Source: Octopus vulgaris (Eukaryota). From it: a DNA stretch of 64,000 nt. Shown here piece after piece: positions 25,687 through 40,362 of this stretch. Both the position numbers and the translations under genes were made by a program. A model generated the notes under the pieces. It had not been told where the DNA came from and ran no database searches. It saw only the letters and a list, made by a program, of their open reading frames with translations. Each line of letters begins with the position of its first letter. The first letter of the stretch is position 1. The stretch covers positions 806,001 to 870,000 of the forward strand of contig CATOCA020000001.1 of NCBI GenBank assembly GCA_951406725.2, read 5' to 3'.

Positions 25687-28600
25687 CTATGTATGTATGT
25701 ATGTATGTATGTATGTATGTATGTATGTATGTATGTATGTATGTATGTATGTATGTATATATGTATGTATGTATATCACACACACACTTACATGAATATA
25801 TTTCTCCTCAAATCCATAAAGTACACCAACATAGGTAAATATATTACGATTGTCAACCTGTATGTTAAAAGCATCTCATTATAGCTGAGATGGAATGCCA
25901 TAGGATACCAAATCTAGTTGAAGAACATGAACCAAACAAGCAATTGTTCTTCTGCATCACTGAAAAATATAATAAAATGAAGAATTGTTGAGATTTGATA
26001 AGTGAGGAATATATTAATGTCATAAACTAATTTGAAGAACGGTTGGTATATTTATAACTAATTAATTTGTTATCTTGTAATTAAAACCTCTCTCACTGTT
26101 ATCAACAGGCTACGATACTTAAAGAGATATCGTCTGTATGTGTGTTTGTGTATATAAATGTATATACATGTATGTATGCATGTATGTGAAGATTTGTATA
26201 TTTTATGTATGTATTCTCATGCATGTAGTTGCATATCTAGACATGCTCGGATATATTTAAATGATAAACTTCTGGGAAACTTTTACAGACTTTTATAGTT
26301 CCCGTGATAGATTGGATCTGTAGTCCTCGAATTAGCTTTCTCCTTTCTGGTTTTGAGAAGACTAATTTCTCAAGATTTATATTTAAGCAGTGTGTTACAT
26401 ATCCCACGGCCCCAATAATTACAGCTATATTCCTGAACTTGTAATCTGGATAGAGTAACTGCAGATTTCTCAATAGTTCAGTATAGGTGTTCTCTTTTTC
26501 ACTGATCTTCAGCTTAATGTTAACGTCCGCTGGGCAGCTGATTTCCACAACTGTACACAGTTTCTATTCTCTACCCCAAAGCATTTTTTTACGGCCGTTG
26601 TGCTTACCAATATTACTATCATGGCAGAGCTTTCTACTGACATTCCACCAGTATTCTATTTTATTATGAGCAGCTATGGCTTCCACCATATTGTGGGTTC
26701 TTGTTTCTTTCCCCTCGGGATTATCATTCCAACGGATTTCATTATAGAGTGTCCTAGCTACAACATCATGCCTCATTAGTAGATAATACCATAATGATTG
26801 GTGTTAAGCCTCTTCTTTATGTATTAAGTAGAGGTGGTCTACATCACTGTTTATGTGTGAAATTATGTGTGCTTGTTAGTATTTTTCACATCAATGGCTC
26901 GGAGCACATCAAGCATCCAATCAAGCAACCCAAGTATGAGTACTGGCACTGCAAACACATTGTGGGCCACTGTTTTATTGAATGCAGAGAGTTCTGAGGT
27001 CCAAATTTTCTTTATTCCGCCGTAATATTCTTTAGTGACACGTGCTTTGTTACAGGTGCCATTGTAAGATATATTTTCATCCACCCCTAGATACCTGTAA
27101 CATACCTCGTCAGATACAGGGGAAACAGTGAAGTCATTGATGGAGATGCTACTACTCTGCTACTGAGTGTAAAAGATTTAAGAGAAACCTCGAGTACAAG
27201 TGACATGAGATGTAGTGTACAAGAGAGAAGACTGCATTGGTATAGCCATGTGAGGTGTACGAATGAGGAGAGTTGCATAAAAATTTCTGATCTCTAACAA
27301 GGGAGGGAAACTGCAGAAGGAGTTGATCCAGGAAGATGTGGGACAAATTTGTGAGAAATGATTTTACATACAATCTGTCCCTTCTCAAAACTCCCCCACA
27401 TCGCATCCTCCCATCACCCGTGATCATCACGTGCTGCAGGCCCCTCCACTCTACCTCACGTGCCTATCTGCACTCAATACCCCCCCACACACATTATCTA
27501 CCAATACCCCACCTCCCCAGCCACTCCAGTTTCTTCCTCCATCATTTGCTACAGTCCCCTCCTCCCCATCTCTAAACATCTTCCCTCACACTCTTATGAC
27601 ACATCACCTTCTATTTCTTTTCTACTACTTATACTCCCCCTCCCCACCTTTCCCTTAGTGTAGGCCCCAATGCATTTCCACCCCCATCTATTTCTATCTC
27701 TCTATTTTCTCCCTAACTCCCCTTCCCTCCTCCGTCCTTGTCCTAATGGGGCAGGCAAGTATCTCCTCTATAGTAAGACAACTATCTCTGTCCCCCTGTC
27801 ATGCTCGAACCTCCTGACTGGTACACAGCCATTTCCTTCAGTTTCATTTCTTCCTTCAGCTGAGAAGTCTTTGTCTTGCAAGTTATTTGGTCACCCTGCT
27901 GGTGCTGGTGCCACGTAAAAGCACTCGTGCTGGGGCGCCCAGTCCACTCTTTTCCTTTTGTAGTTTACTTTGTACCTTCTCACATTGTTCTGGCCTTACA
28001 AAACAAATCTCTTTGAAGTTATACCACAAATACAGACATACATATGATGTGAGTTGTCTCACTTGCCTATGACTTACTTTCATGTGTTTTTAACACCACC
28101 AGACACATTGAGAATATATTCTCTCACACCTAAAAATGCAACCAGCCGAAGAACTTAACGACACACACTCCATGTGTTTGTGCGTTCGATTTTGCTTTGA
28201 CATAAATTTTATGAACCCCTTATTAATTTAGTAACATCAAAATTATACGCAAGACATATAGGTCTTCTTTATTAAACTTAACCTGCTAATCTTGTGTTCG
28301 GTCCATTTGAACTCCCCTAAATTTTACTTCAGTGAGGGATAAACGTAGATTAGACTGAACCAATCTGTTTATTACATCTTAATAGATGTATCATGTCTCT
28401 TAAACACACTCATAGCAAGTTATAGAGGGACCTTATGCAAGGCTAACTTTACTAACAAACATGAAAAGTACATGATCGGTTTGATCAAGTACCCAGTAGA
28501 AGGCAGTAATGACACATTGATAGCCACCCTTGTTTTCATGTAAATTTTCATTCTCTCTTTTTACTTCGACAAAGGATTCAGTGAAATTGAACATAACAAA

Positions 28601-29060
28601 CTGTGATAATATGACACCATTTCTTCAAGCTGTCTCTAGCGGCAACTTCAGAATAATGCAGGAATTCATTTCTAAAGGAGCAGACGTAAATGTGGTCGAT
28701 AATATCGGAAACAATTGTCTTCACCTTGCGGTGAGGAAAGAGGAGTTCCATACTGAGGATGAATCCTTAACTGTCTTGGATAAGGTAAGTTTTAAAATTA
28801 TTTGTAAATATATATATGTGTAGATTTATTTATAAGAGATAGAAAGAGAAACAGAGAGACATGATGGCAACCTTTAGAATGCAAGTGCCATGATAAATAC
28901 ATCCATTCCATTCTATGAGAGATTCTGAAAAAACAGCTCCCTGTCTTACTTCTTGTACACAACATGTATCCTCTGGCTTCTTGTGGACATGTCATAACAA
29001 TATTGAATGTTAGAACACTAGAGAATGGATACAATAAAGCAATATACATACATACGTACG

Positions 29061-29121
<61 letters not shown>

Positions 29122-29224
29122 ATTAAAATAGTTTAATGATCCAAACTGTTTTGATCCATACATGTAACTTCCAATGAATTGGTTGAGTGCCCCTCTCTCA
29201 TTTGTTCACTTACTTTCACTCACA

Positions 29225-29289
<65 letters not shown>

Positions 29290-32200
29290 ATACAAATACA
29301 TCAACATCTAACCATCAGTAGATCTAACAGTATTTACTGTTAAATTTTGCGCACTTAGAGCAACTCACTGATTCCCACATGAGTAACGGTCTCTACAGAT
29401 GTGTGACTGTATTTCAGACATTTGATGGTCATCTTTGTGTTGTGGTAATGTCCACTTTGGTAAAAAAATCTCCTGGCAGTCAAATGCCCTTCTCCCTCCA
29501 TTGCTGGAATTGTCTGTCAGACTAACAGTTTCAACAGTTTATCAAATATAATGTGTTGGTGTGTTGCCTCAACCGTGACACCAATTCTTACTTCTTTTAC
29601 TTCACCTTCATCACCCAAAGATGTTTCTTTAATAATTATGGAAACATTGTTGATATATTTGGATATATGTGGTCTGTGTGGTGTTGGTTTTGTTACATCT
29701 GAAGAAATTGCTATGTCTTAGGTGTTCTTTGTTGTTTCTGATATAACATATATGTTTTGTTATCTTGTTGTGTTCATCATCATCATCGTCATCATCGTCG
29801 CGATCATCACCATCGCAACCACCACCATCACCCTTATCATCATCATCATCGTCATCATCATCATCATTTAATGCCAATCGTCTATGCTGACAGGGGTTGT
29901 ATTAATATACACAATATTCTTCCCAAAGTATTTCTGTTGCTGTGTCCAATTGCCTTCATCAAGCCACTTGCATAGATAGGTGTTTTATTATTGTGATATT
30001 TGTTCCATTATATTTCTTGTATTTGACTTGATGTTATGATTTTGTTTGTATTTGTGTAATATTGTACTTGTCCTTTTTATATTCCATCATTTGTAGTACT
30101 ACAAAAAGCTCCAGCTTAGCAAAGGAGGCAAGCTTTCAAGCCTAGCAGTGGCTTGTTTTCTGGCCGACAATGGAGCCAACTTTTACCACAGAAACGTATG
30201 GAATGTGATGCCGCTGGATCTTATCAACGATACAAATTTAAAGGAAAGAATTAAAGCACTTTTCCCACCACCATTGTAAGTATTCTCTAACAATGACAAG
30301 ACAAAGCAGAGAATTTTCTATTTTGTACACAATTATGTTCATATGTTTTGTTTAGTTTTAATTCTCCCAATACGTTATTCTGTGTTTTGACCAAAGACCA
30401 CATCATCTTTTCATCATCTTTTTCACACATCGTTTCATCATCTTTTTCACACTAATCACAAACCAGAAGTGCCTATTGACCTCCTGCAATAGAGAACAGT
30501 CGCCATATTTCATTCATTAATCGAATACCTCTGATTTTTGCTTTAATATCTGCAATTTCGATGCTCAATTCGGAAATCCCTCATCGACTATCCGTAATTT
30601 CCTTGTGGATGGACTGCTGTTGTTTGACAGCAATAGTTGGAAAAGACACACAGGTCAGGCACTGAAATTGTGGGTTGGGCCATTTCCTATATTCCATCCA
30701 TCATAGAACCATTTTTACCTTTTTCTTGGACTGGGATCATCAAGAGATTAGTTGTGCATTGAAGGCAGATAGAAGCATGACTTTTACTGCATTCAACTCA
30801 TGAATTTTCAAAAGGGTTCTAGGGTTTTGTACAGATATCATTTGCATTTATGTAATTATTTAAAAAAGATTTTTTGTTGTACTTTTGCTGGTTCTTGTAG
30901 TATCTCGTAATAATCTGTACTCTAAACATGTACTCAATGCAATATTTGTTATAAATGAATATCATCAGTGTTATGCCTCTATGTTTTGTTCAACAGATGT
31001 CTGCTGTGTAAATCTAGTGAAGCTACAGTGACGTTTCAACCATGTGAGCACACTGTTACATGCAAAGATTGCTGTTCAGAAAATGAGCCTAAAAATTGTC
31101 CCAAGTGTCAACAAGTTATAGTTGACAAACGTGGATTCGGTAAGAATATTATTTGATGATCTGTCTGTTTGTCTCATTGACTTTATGCTGTTGAATAATA
31201 TACTTCATGTTACTATGTAGAGTCACACCTGTCATAAATGTAGCAGATTTATGATAAAAGTGTCTTTTCTTTGTGATACTTTATCAATCACCTCATCCAC
31301 CAAACTTCGTCTTTGTCCAAATACAAGGTTTGCTTCACTTCAAGAGGATACTGTTTGCAAGATAAGACTAATGAGTGATAGAGCAAGTTAAACGGCGACT
31401 AACAGAAATATTAATAAAGCTGCCATATTCCCTCAGTAAATATCATGTTTTTACAGTCAATTGCGAGTGATTAGAGGGGATTAATGATTTATCAGTATTT
31501 ATCAGTATCTGATAAAACAATGTTACTTACAAGAACATCAGAATGATTTTTGGTAAAATAGAAGATTCAATGAGAAAATCTCAACTGAGCGATTAAAGAA
31601 CAACATTAGAGGCTTTGATTGCTTAATTAATTGTTTTGCTTAATGAATTGTTTTGTGTTGCTGTGAATGTTTATTTGGTGAAAGATGGCATCGATAGTTT
31701 CAACATATTTTGCAAAATTATCCTCCAGGAATTCTTTATGATTTATCATGTTATGAAAATGCTAAACAATAATATTAGTCCACTGTTTGATCTGAGATGT
31801 CATCTCTTGTTAGGGTACGTACCCGGAATGTCTCAGGTTAGGACATATATTGTTGTGATAAATTAAAAAAATTACAATATTAATCCTAAGAGAATTGATC
31901 GTTAAATTAATTTCACTGAATGTCTTGACTGTAATGAACTGTGAACATATGTTTACATATAAACAAAGTATTTATGTTCACGTATAAAATATACAAAGAG
32001 GAATAAAATAGGAATTCCTAATGTGATTTGAACATACAACTCCTTGTTTGTAACCATATATAATCAACACTTGCTACATGGTTTGAATAACACTTTCCAT
32101 CCATATTTATACTCATTCTTATTGGTTTTTAGATTATATTAATGTTAATACAAACACACTTTTCTGTGTTTATTAACTGTTGGTTTTATTTCCGTTCTTA

Positions 32201-34184
32201 CGTTTAAATTGAATCTTGGAAACTGGTCGTTGTTATTTGACTGGTGAAAGAAATTATTGTTAGTATTTGGTACTGGCCCTGGTACCATTTTTCTGTGATT
32301 GCTCATGGAACTACCATAATATCAACTGTTCTCAGATACAATCTATATAGAAAACTGGCACTCCATCGGTTAGGATGATGAGAGATCCAGTTTGCTAATC
32401 AAGGAAACAGGCTGCTCATGAAAGTAACGTGAAAGTGGCTGAGTACTCCACAGATATATGAACCCTTAATCTAATACTCAGGGGGATTCATCATAACACA
32501 GAATGTGAAAAGGCCAACACTTTCAATAACTGGTAGGACTCATTTTTGTCAGCTGAGTGGAGGCGAGGAGTGTGGAATATAGTGTCTTGCTCAAGGACAT
32601 GACATACCGCCAAGAATTGAAATTACGACCTTATTGCCATGAGCCGAATGCCCTAAACATTAAGCCACACACCTTCACAATCTATAGAGATATCTTTATA
32701 ATGATAATTACATACCCCTTTTCTCAGCTTATATACAATCTGTATTGATATCATTATAACGATGGTCAGATATCCCTTTGTCAGGGTATATAAAATCTAT
32801 ATAGATATCATTATAACGATGGTCAGATATCCCTTTGTCAGGTTATATATAATCTATAGATAACATTATAATGGGAGTCACGTATCCCTCAGTCAGATTA
32901 TATATAATCTATATATATATCATTATAATGATGGTCAAATATCCCTTTGTCAATGTATATAAAATCTATATAGATATCACTATAACGATGGTCAGATATC
33001 CCTTTGTCAGGTTATATATAATCTATAGATAACATTATAATAGGAGTAACGTATCCCTCAGTCAGATTATATATAATCTATATAGATATCATTATAATGA
33101 TGGTCAAATATCCCTTTGTCAGGGTATATAAAATCTATATAGATATCATTATAACGATGGTCAGATATCCCTTTGTCAGGTTATATATAATCTATAGATA
33201 ACATTATAATGGGAGTCACGTATCCCTTTGTCAGATTATATATAATCTATATATATATCATTATAATGATGGTCAAATATCCCTTTGTCAGGGTATATAA
33301 AATCTATATAGATATCATTATAACGATGGTCAGATATCCCTTTGTCAGGTTATATATAATCTATAGATAACATTATAATGGGAGTCACGTATCCCTCAGT
33401 CAGAATATATATAATCTATATAGATATCATTATAATGATGGTCAAATATCCCTTTGTCAAGGTATATAAAGTCTATAGAGATATCACTATAACGATGGTC
33501 AGATATCCCTTTGTCAGGTTATATATAATCTATAGATAACATTATAATGGGAGTCACGTATCCCTCACTCAGATTATATATAATCTATATAGATATCATT
33601 ATAACGATGGTTAGATATCCTTTTGACATGTTATATACAATCTCTATAGATATCAAGTATTGCAATGCCAGGCAATGTGCTACTGTACTAGCCGTATACC
33701 TCATTAACATGATAATTAATTAGCTATTATTGATTGATAGTCTTACAATTGTATGTCTGAAACGTAACCTTATTTTGTCATAACGCCACCTTGTTCCCTC
33801 ACCTAACAGTTTATTCCATGTAAATATTTTGTTTTATTTGGGTCCAGTACCGCATCCCTACAAACTGGGGTCATTGACCCTTATAGTCCAGTAATGTCCA
33901 GATGTGATTGTGTCTTGACATGATTTCACATGGAACAAAAAGTGAAATATTTGTTTATATTTATGCGATACTAATTAGATATAATTTCTAAAGTCTAATA
34001 ATGACATTAATTTATTATCTCATTATAATTAGCATTATTGACAAATGTGGTATAATAGTGGTGGAGGAATGGGGTGTGGGTAGGGTTACATATTCCTTGT
34101 AAATTTGTTCTTATATTAACAATAACATCAGACACACTGTTTCTGTCACTGAAGCCTTTTGACCGTCGAAGAAAGTTCTATCAC

Positions 34185-34220
<36 letters not shown>

Positions 34221-36928
34221 TGGAATTAAGCAGAAAATGAGAAGAATGTTGGTTAGTGAAGTGTAGAGATGTGAGGAAAATGCCATGCCATTGATTTGGC
34301 ACAGATATAAGAAAGGAAAGATAAAATTAAGAACAGTGTTATCAAGTGATAATTAAATGTGATAATTTCTACATTATATGATTATCGATGATATTTTAAT
34401 AGAGACAAATAAATTCTTTTATATATAAATAAATTATAGCATGATGCATAAAATTTGGAACTATTTATTTCAGTGTCCCTAAAATTGAAGGAGATACATA
34501 TTCAAAAGGTTGCAAATAAGTTAGGGAGTAAATGGCGGGAAGTTGGTGAGTATATAATGCCTAATTGATTTTTATAAATTTTGCCTTCCCTTAAGCTTTT
34601 GTTTGTTAGAATGATTGAGAACAGTTTCCATTCTTTTAATTTCCAATTGAAAGTTTAGCTGTTAAGTAATTCTATGAAAGAAACTTCATAAAATCGAGTT
34701 TACATGGTTGGTACAATGGATTAATTAGAAGACACAAAAGATTTAATATTCTCTTTTAAAGTAGGGATCTAAAATATGTTGTTGTTTATGTACAAACAGA
34801 TGAGTTAATGTCAATGATTTTGTTTCTTTAGATTTTTACTAAGTTCACTGGTAGGTTGTTGTTGTTGTTGTTGATGCAGATATCTGCCTTAATCTGGCAG
34901 ACGTCGTCAGAAGAAAAGTGTTCCAGGTGTGACATCATTCTTTCCCTTAGGAGAAGAGGACCACATTATCAAATGCAACGTCGTTAACCCAAGAGTGGGC
35001 AGTTTGTGTGACATGTTATTTGTCAGTAGGGATAACAGCTCCCCGCACAGTTTGCCACCTCATTTTTTTCTCTAATCCCATTGCTTTCAGAATAGTCTCC
35101 TCCACTCCTAACTATGTCACCTAGGTAACAGAAACTATCGTCCATGCCTTTCACAGTTGTTCTTACAACTAAATATTCCTGTATATCTACAACTCACAAA
35201 CACCTTCCTCTCCATCAACCTACCTCTGACCTCACATTACTTATTGTGTGCATTGAGTACACAGTTTAGAATCCCCATTAACCCCTTCTACCTTCCTGCT
35301 TATCAAATATGATAACTTCCCAGATGATGGAGATGTTGGTAGATGCAGTGATTCCTTCAGGCCCTAAGCGTCTGCATGTGTATGGTGTAGATGGTTGTGA
35401 CACCCGTCTTCTTTCCTACAAAACTAAAACTCTTCTCTTTGCTAGCTTTACTCTAAAACCTCTCCATTATCGACTTCTCTCTAAATTGTGGCATTGTTCC
35501 AGTAAAAGAAATACTTATTACGAATCATGAACCCAGAACGGTTAATCTGGTGTCTTCCAAAATATATAACGTATATTTTGTACTCTGCGTAGTTGAAATC
35601 ATTCTCGTATCATATCTATTTGTATATTAATTGGTTGATGTGTTGTAATTACTATTTAGTGAGAGTAGGAGTAGAAGCACTGATGACTATTTCAGGTGTT
35701 GATCATGTGATGAGACCAAGCAGCCGAAATGGGATTCCTCTAAAGGGTCTCTGGTGTTATGTTGCTCAAAAGAATGCACACAACGCAGATATCTGGAAGT
35801 CTCTCCAGGTTGAGCCACTAAATCTCTACAGTTCTGCTTCTACAGATATCAGATTAGAATGTTGCAGGAAAGAACTGCAAGGTGGATTCTTCAAGCTGAA
35901 CCAAATGGCAGAAGACTTAGCAGCAGATCAAGAATGAGATGGTTGGATAATATCCATAGTCTCTGTTGTGGAGGCACATGGACTAGTGGTTAGAGCGGTC
36001 GAGGGATCGCGGGTTCGAATCTCAGACCAGGCGATGTGTGTGTTTATGAGCGAAAACCTCTAATCTCCAAGCGGCTCCGGCAGAGGGTAATGGCGAAAAT
36101 TCTGCTGAAACTTTCGCCACAACTTTCTCTCACTCTTTCCTCCTGCATCTTGCAGCTCTCCTGAGATCGACCGGCGTCCCGTCCAGGTGGAGAACCTATA
36201 CGCCAAGAAACCGGGAAACCGGACCTTATGAATCAGGCATGGCTCGATAAGGAACAAAAAAAATATAGTGTCTGTTGATTATACTTGGGAATCTTGCCAC
36301 GAAGACTAATGATAATTGCTTTTGATAGGAGCCTATGAAGGAGGGGCCTGAATACCCTCCCAGGAATAGAAGGCAGAGAAAATGCAACGATGGATGAAAT
36401 GGTGTCAAAGTTGGTGACACTTTTGCCTATGCAAACCATTTTCCTGCCATCTGTTTACCATAAATTTTCTCAAGAGTAATTTTCAATTAATTTCCTTTAA
36501 TTTCTTCTCCATCTTTATCTTTTATTTCAACTTCTTTGTTAACTTTTAATCACGATTCTGAGAAATTGAAAACACTGTCTTATATTATTCATGTTTCTTA
36601 ATTATTGTTAAAATTTCTCAACTGATATAATTTCTTTGTTATAATTTATTACAAACTACAGAACACGTCTTTTATTTTATTGTTGATGTTGTTGCAATTA
36701 TTTCTTATTGTTGTATGTTTTGCAGGTGAGATTTTAGGAATTAAAAATGTCCAGTTGGAAAAGATCAAGATTGAAAATTTAAATAACAGTACAGAACAGA
36801 GCTTCCAGATGCTCTGCAAATGGTCGGCAACTTGTGCTCCAGAAGAATTCACATTCACAACACTCAGAGAAGCTCTTCTGAAAGCTGAGTGCTTGGACGT
36901 ACTTGAATATCAACCTCAGACAGAGTGA
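20864..36928 (+). CDS. Gene A: ankyrin-array + C3HC4 RING + death-domain protein (MIB2-C-terminus-like putative E3 ligase), about 1312 aa if the two frameshifts are corrected; may be a pseudogene as assembled
   Basis: Exons 20864-20947, 21684-24694, 25512-25548, 28575-28784, 30097-30275, 30997-31139, 34474-34545 and 36726-36928. All introns are GT-AG with compatible phases (0,2,0,0,2,1,1), and each exon has a homolog in gene B. Confidence 0.85.
21684..24694 (+). CDS. Gene A giant ankyrin exon: 29 full + 1 partial 34-aa repeats (102-bp unit); frameshifts near 22755 and 23541
   Basis: Acceptor tttcag|ATAAAT and donor AG|gtgagt. Repeated [30 protein letters not shown] across ORFs 21615-22808, 22946-23593 and 23421-24698. 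Confidence 0.92.
25512..25548 (+). CDS. Gene A 37-nt micro-exon ([12 protein letters not shown]), completes an ankyrin repeat
   Basis: tttcag|...|gttagt, phase 2-0; same length and similar peptide at 52299-52335(-). Confidence 0.8.
26200..27085 (-). mobile_element. Non-LTR retrotransposon remnant with restriction-like endonuclease (R4/NeSL-like)
   Basis: [17 protein letters not shown]...EKENTY...[18 protein letters not shown]. Confidence 0.75.
27090..27370 (+). mobile_element. RTE LINE 3' fragment
   Basis: [25 protein letters not shown]; matches the tail of 18520-20235. Confidence 0.55.
28575..28784 (+). CDS. Gene A ankyrin exon ([12 protein letters not shown]...GNNCLHLAV)
   Basis: 210 nt, aaag|GAT...AAG|gtaagt; homolog at 51104-51313(-). 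Confidence 0.88.
30097..30275 (+). CDS. Gene A last ankyrin-like exon ([27 protein letters not shown]), MIB2-like segment preceding the RING
   Basis: ttgtag|TAC...TT|gtaagt, open frame; homolog at 49733-49908(-). Confidence 0.85.
30997..31139 (+). CDS. Gene A RING finger exon (C3HC4, MIB/IAP/Neuralized type)
   Basis: CLLC-x11-CEH-x3-CKDC-x8-CPKC; caacag| and |gtaag; 143 nt, as in the homolog at 48200-48342. Confidence 0.9.
32355..32680 (-). mobile_element. Degenerate SINE (family of 57700-58258 and 60828-61000)
   Basis: Shared aagtggctgagtactccacaga...cccttaa core. Confidence 0.65.
32680..33655. repeat. Minisatellite of 55-57-bp monomers in a 169-bp three-monomer higher-order repeat
   Basis: The variant monomer (ggagt.acgtatccct) recurs at about 32873, 33042, 33211, 33380 and 33549. 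Confidence 0.9.
34474..34545 (+). CDS. Gene A 72-nt exon, start of death domain ([16 protein letters not shown])
   Basis: tttcag|...|gtgagt, phase 1-1; resembles the death-domain helix 1-2 motif (A..LG..W..LA/G). Confidence 0.8.
35969..36264 (+). mobile_element. tRNA(Arg)-like SINE with TSD
   Basis: A/B boxes (tggactagtgg, ggttcgaatc); flanking atagt(c/g)tctgttg duplication. Confidence 0.85.
36726..36928 (+). CDS. Gene A terminal exon, rest of death domain ([16 protein letters not shown]...QSFQMLCKW...[11 protein letters not shown])
   Basis: tgcag|GT, stop TGA at 36926-36928; 203 nt, as in the homolog at 42856-43058. Confidence 0.85.
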
Positions 36929-37187
36929 ATTTCTGTGTAAATACTGTTTATTTAGTCCCCGGTCAACTAGACAGAGATCTGTGATAGGGTGGGGATGGCA
37001 TTCCAGCCATGACCACTCTGTCTTTATCCTTAATGTAGAGGAGCCAGAAACATATTGTCAACATTATTCTTCTTTTAGATGATAATTTGTAAATTGATGT
37101 GGATTTGGCTACTACCTCTAGCAGATCTAACCACCACATAGAGACCTCTTTACTTGTTTAGTTCCCTTGTTAGAGATTAACTTTTGA

Positions 37188-37193
37188 AATAAA
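37188..37193 (+). promoter_or_regulatory. Candidate polyadenylation signal of gene A
   Basis: AATAAA 260 nt after the stop, followed by a GT-rich tract (ttgttgttg). Confidence 0.4.
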
Positions 37194-37349
37194 GATAAAC
37201 TTTTGAAATGTTCATTTGTTGTTGTTGTTGTTGCTATTGTTGAATATCTAAACACCTTCCTAAACTCTTCTGTTGCTATAAAGACAGATTTAATATCCTA
37301 TGGTATATTCATAGTTATCTCCCTTCATTTCTAGCTTAGAGTAGAATAA

Positions 37350-37408
<59 letters not shown>

Positions 37409-38423
37409 GGAGGGGAAGCTGGTATGCACGGGTGACTGCTGGTCTTCTATAAAAAAAACCCTGCTCGGACTTATGCCTTGGAGGATAATTTCTTGGCTCA
37501 ATCCCAAGGTCATTCATGGCTGAAGGAGATCTTTACCGTTTTTGGAAAACCCACAGCGACCCCGCTTCATTACAAATAACTTCAGATAATGAAAGTTAAT
37601 TCGTTTTCCCTACAATACTTCATACAATTCAATTCTTATTGCATTTTAGTTCACAATTAAATATCAAGATTTTTACATCATCAACTCAGACGGAATTCTA
37701 AGTAAAACACAAGAAACTTCGAGAAGGACTCCCATTGGCAATAAATTTATGTGACAGGAAACTCTTCTCAGCAAAATCAAGCGAAACAAGATGGGAAGAC
37801 TTGTTATTGTAGTTTTCTTGTGATAAGCGTAAACAAACTTGGTTGTTTTGAAATTAGATAAAAAAATATTGAAATTACATCAAAACTCTTTATTCAGAAA
37901 TTAATATGTAATTACTATTAAAAATCATTTGTATTAAAACAAATTATTTCGTCTGAAACTTTTTATAAACTTATTCTAAATAAATTGATAACGTAATATC
38001 TAATTGATTTTTAGCCACATTAACTGGGTGGGATGAAATTATATTCACACACATTATATGCAATGTAAAATATACTACAGCAACTAACAAACGTAATTTT
38101 TCTCCCTCAAAGTCATACAAAAGCATAAATTACTGTTTTAATGAATTATTGGAACCTATTTTGTTTAAATTTAATGTGAAGCAATAAACTTATTTCTAAA
38201 AGTGTTAGTTTTTGTAAAATCGAGAAACTATAACTCTTCGACTGACCCTAGAAAACTTCAAGAGATAACCTGGAACTGTGATGATCCCCAAATCAGTTTC
38301 TTTCATCTTAGGTTGGCTCAGACATTGTCAAAGTAATTTTCATTTTTTTAATTACAACCCAAGAAAAAAAAAACATGTTACCCATAGATAAATGGTTGAA
38401 TTCATCAAAAGTATGGAAAGCAC

Positions 38424-38776
<353 letters not shown>

Positions 38777-39870
38777 TCTTTCCTTTATTGCATGATTCTT
38801 TTAGAAGTGTCTACGAAACGTTCTGCAGATCTAAATGCAGTATTACAATAATGTAAATTCAAGGGCAATTGGCTGTTATTTCTAATAGACCACTTATAGG
38901 TGAATTTTTCTACAGATGCCTCTTGAAATGTGATTCACTTTTCTGTAAAGGACAACACAAATTTTGGGGAGGGGTGGCTTGACTGTTATTTCTAGCATAA
39001 TATGAAACCACCTTAGAACGATATTTCTACAGATGCTTTTCATAATGTCCTTCAATTTTTATATGAAAAACAACGCAAATGTGCGGGTAATTGGTTGTTT
39101 TCAACTTGATGCCAGGTCACCTGTAGGCAAATATTGCTCATAGCTTAAAACTTAAAATGTTCTTCAATTATTATTGGAAAAACTACACAAATACGAAGGC
39201 CCTTGCTCGCTGTTTCAAGTATCTGATGACACCATAAATAGGTCGATTTATTTTATAATTGCTTCTAAGATATATATATATATACAAATATATAAAAACA
39301 CCACGCTCATTATTATATTAGGAAATTGTAAACCGCTCAACTATGCTGCGCTAAATATCACCATCCTCATCATTTTTCCCATTTCACTGATGCTCGACTC
39401 CTTCAGATTCCATTCCACTGTTGGTTCTGGCAGTGTAAACAGTAACTTGCCTGAACCAACAGCTGGTCCCTCTTGATGTCACTATAAGTGCACGTGAAGG
39501 AGTTAAGTATCCCCTCCTCTCCTCAGCATGTAGGGGTTAGTCACAAATACAGCTGTCTACCTTGTCCTCTCAATCCGCTTCTTTCTGCGTCTCACCATTC
39601 TGGCCAGAATCAGGAAACCCTCCCTGAAGATCACCAGAAGATCTGTTAGACTAGATTTTCCCCCACCCGCTCGGCTTCCTTGAATTATTTCCTGATTTCT
39701 AACATAATCACAAGGTTTCAATCGAAGATGCGGTGCATAATCGATAAAGTCGACTCTGAAATGCGTTGGTGCATATATATATACGTGTGTAGATACACAC
39801 ACACACACATACACACACACACATAACACATACACATATATAGTATATATATATACACACACATATATAT

Positions 39871-39936
<66 letters not shown>

Positions 39937-39937
<1 letters not shown>

Positions 39938-40245
39938 GAGGCGCAATGGCCTAGTGGTTAGGGCAGCGGACTCGTGGTCGCAGGATCGCGGTTTCGATTC
40001 CCAGACCGGGCGTTGTGATTGTTTATTGAGCGAAAACACCTAAAAAGCTCCACGAGGCTCCGGCAGGGGGTGGTGGCGATCCCTGTTGTACTCTTTCACC
40101 ACTCTTGCTCCCACTCTTTCTTCTGTTGACCTGCTCGCCTAGCCAGCGGGGTGGCGTCATTCGAAGGCTAAAACAGTGCGAACGCATTGTGACCAGCGAT
40201 GTGTAACAACATCTGATGGTCTGGTCGGTCACGTGATCACGTGAT
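39937..40245 (+). mobile_element. tRNA(Arg)-like SINE
   Basis: ggaggcgcaatggcctagtggttagggcagcggactcg...ggtttcgattccc; reverse match to 51900-52187. Confidence 0.85.
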
Positions 40246-40267
40246 ATATATATATATATATATATAC

Positions 40268-40298
<31 letters not shown>

Positions 40299-40315
40299 TC
40301 GATAGATAGGTAAAT

Positions 40316-40362
<47 letters not shown>

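Noticed and set aside
31814-31836. Possible micro-exon ttgttag|...cag|gttagg in gene A intron 6
   Set aside because: At 23 nt it would break the frame, and I saw no homolog in gene B.
32680-33655. Regular repeat array as a possible CRISPR
   Set aside because: There are no unique spacers and no cas genes, and it lies in a eukaryotic intron. It is a minisatellite.
39937-40012. tRNA-Arg-like sequence
   Set aside because: It is the head of a multi-copy SINE whose copies have bodies and TSDs, not a tRNA gene.
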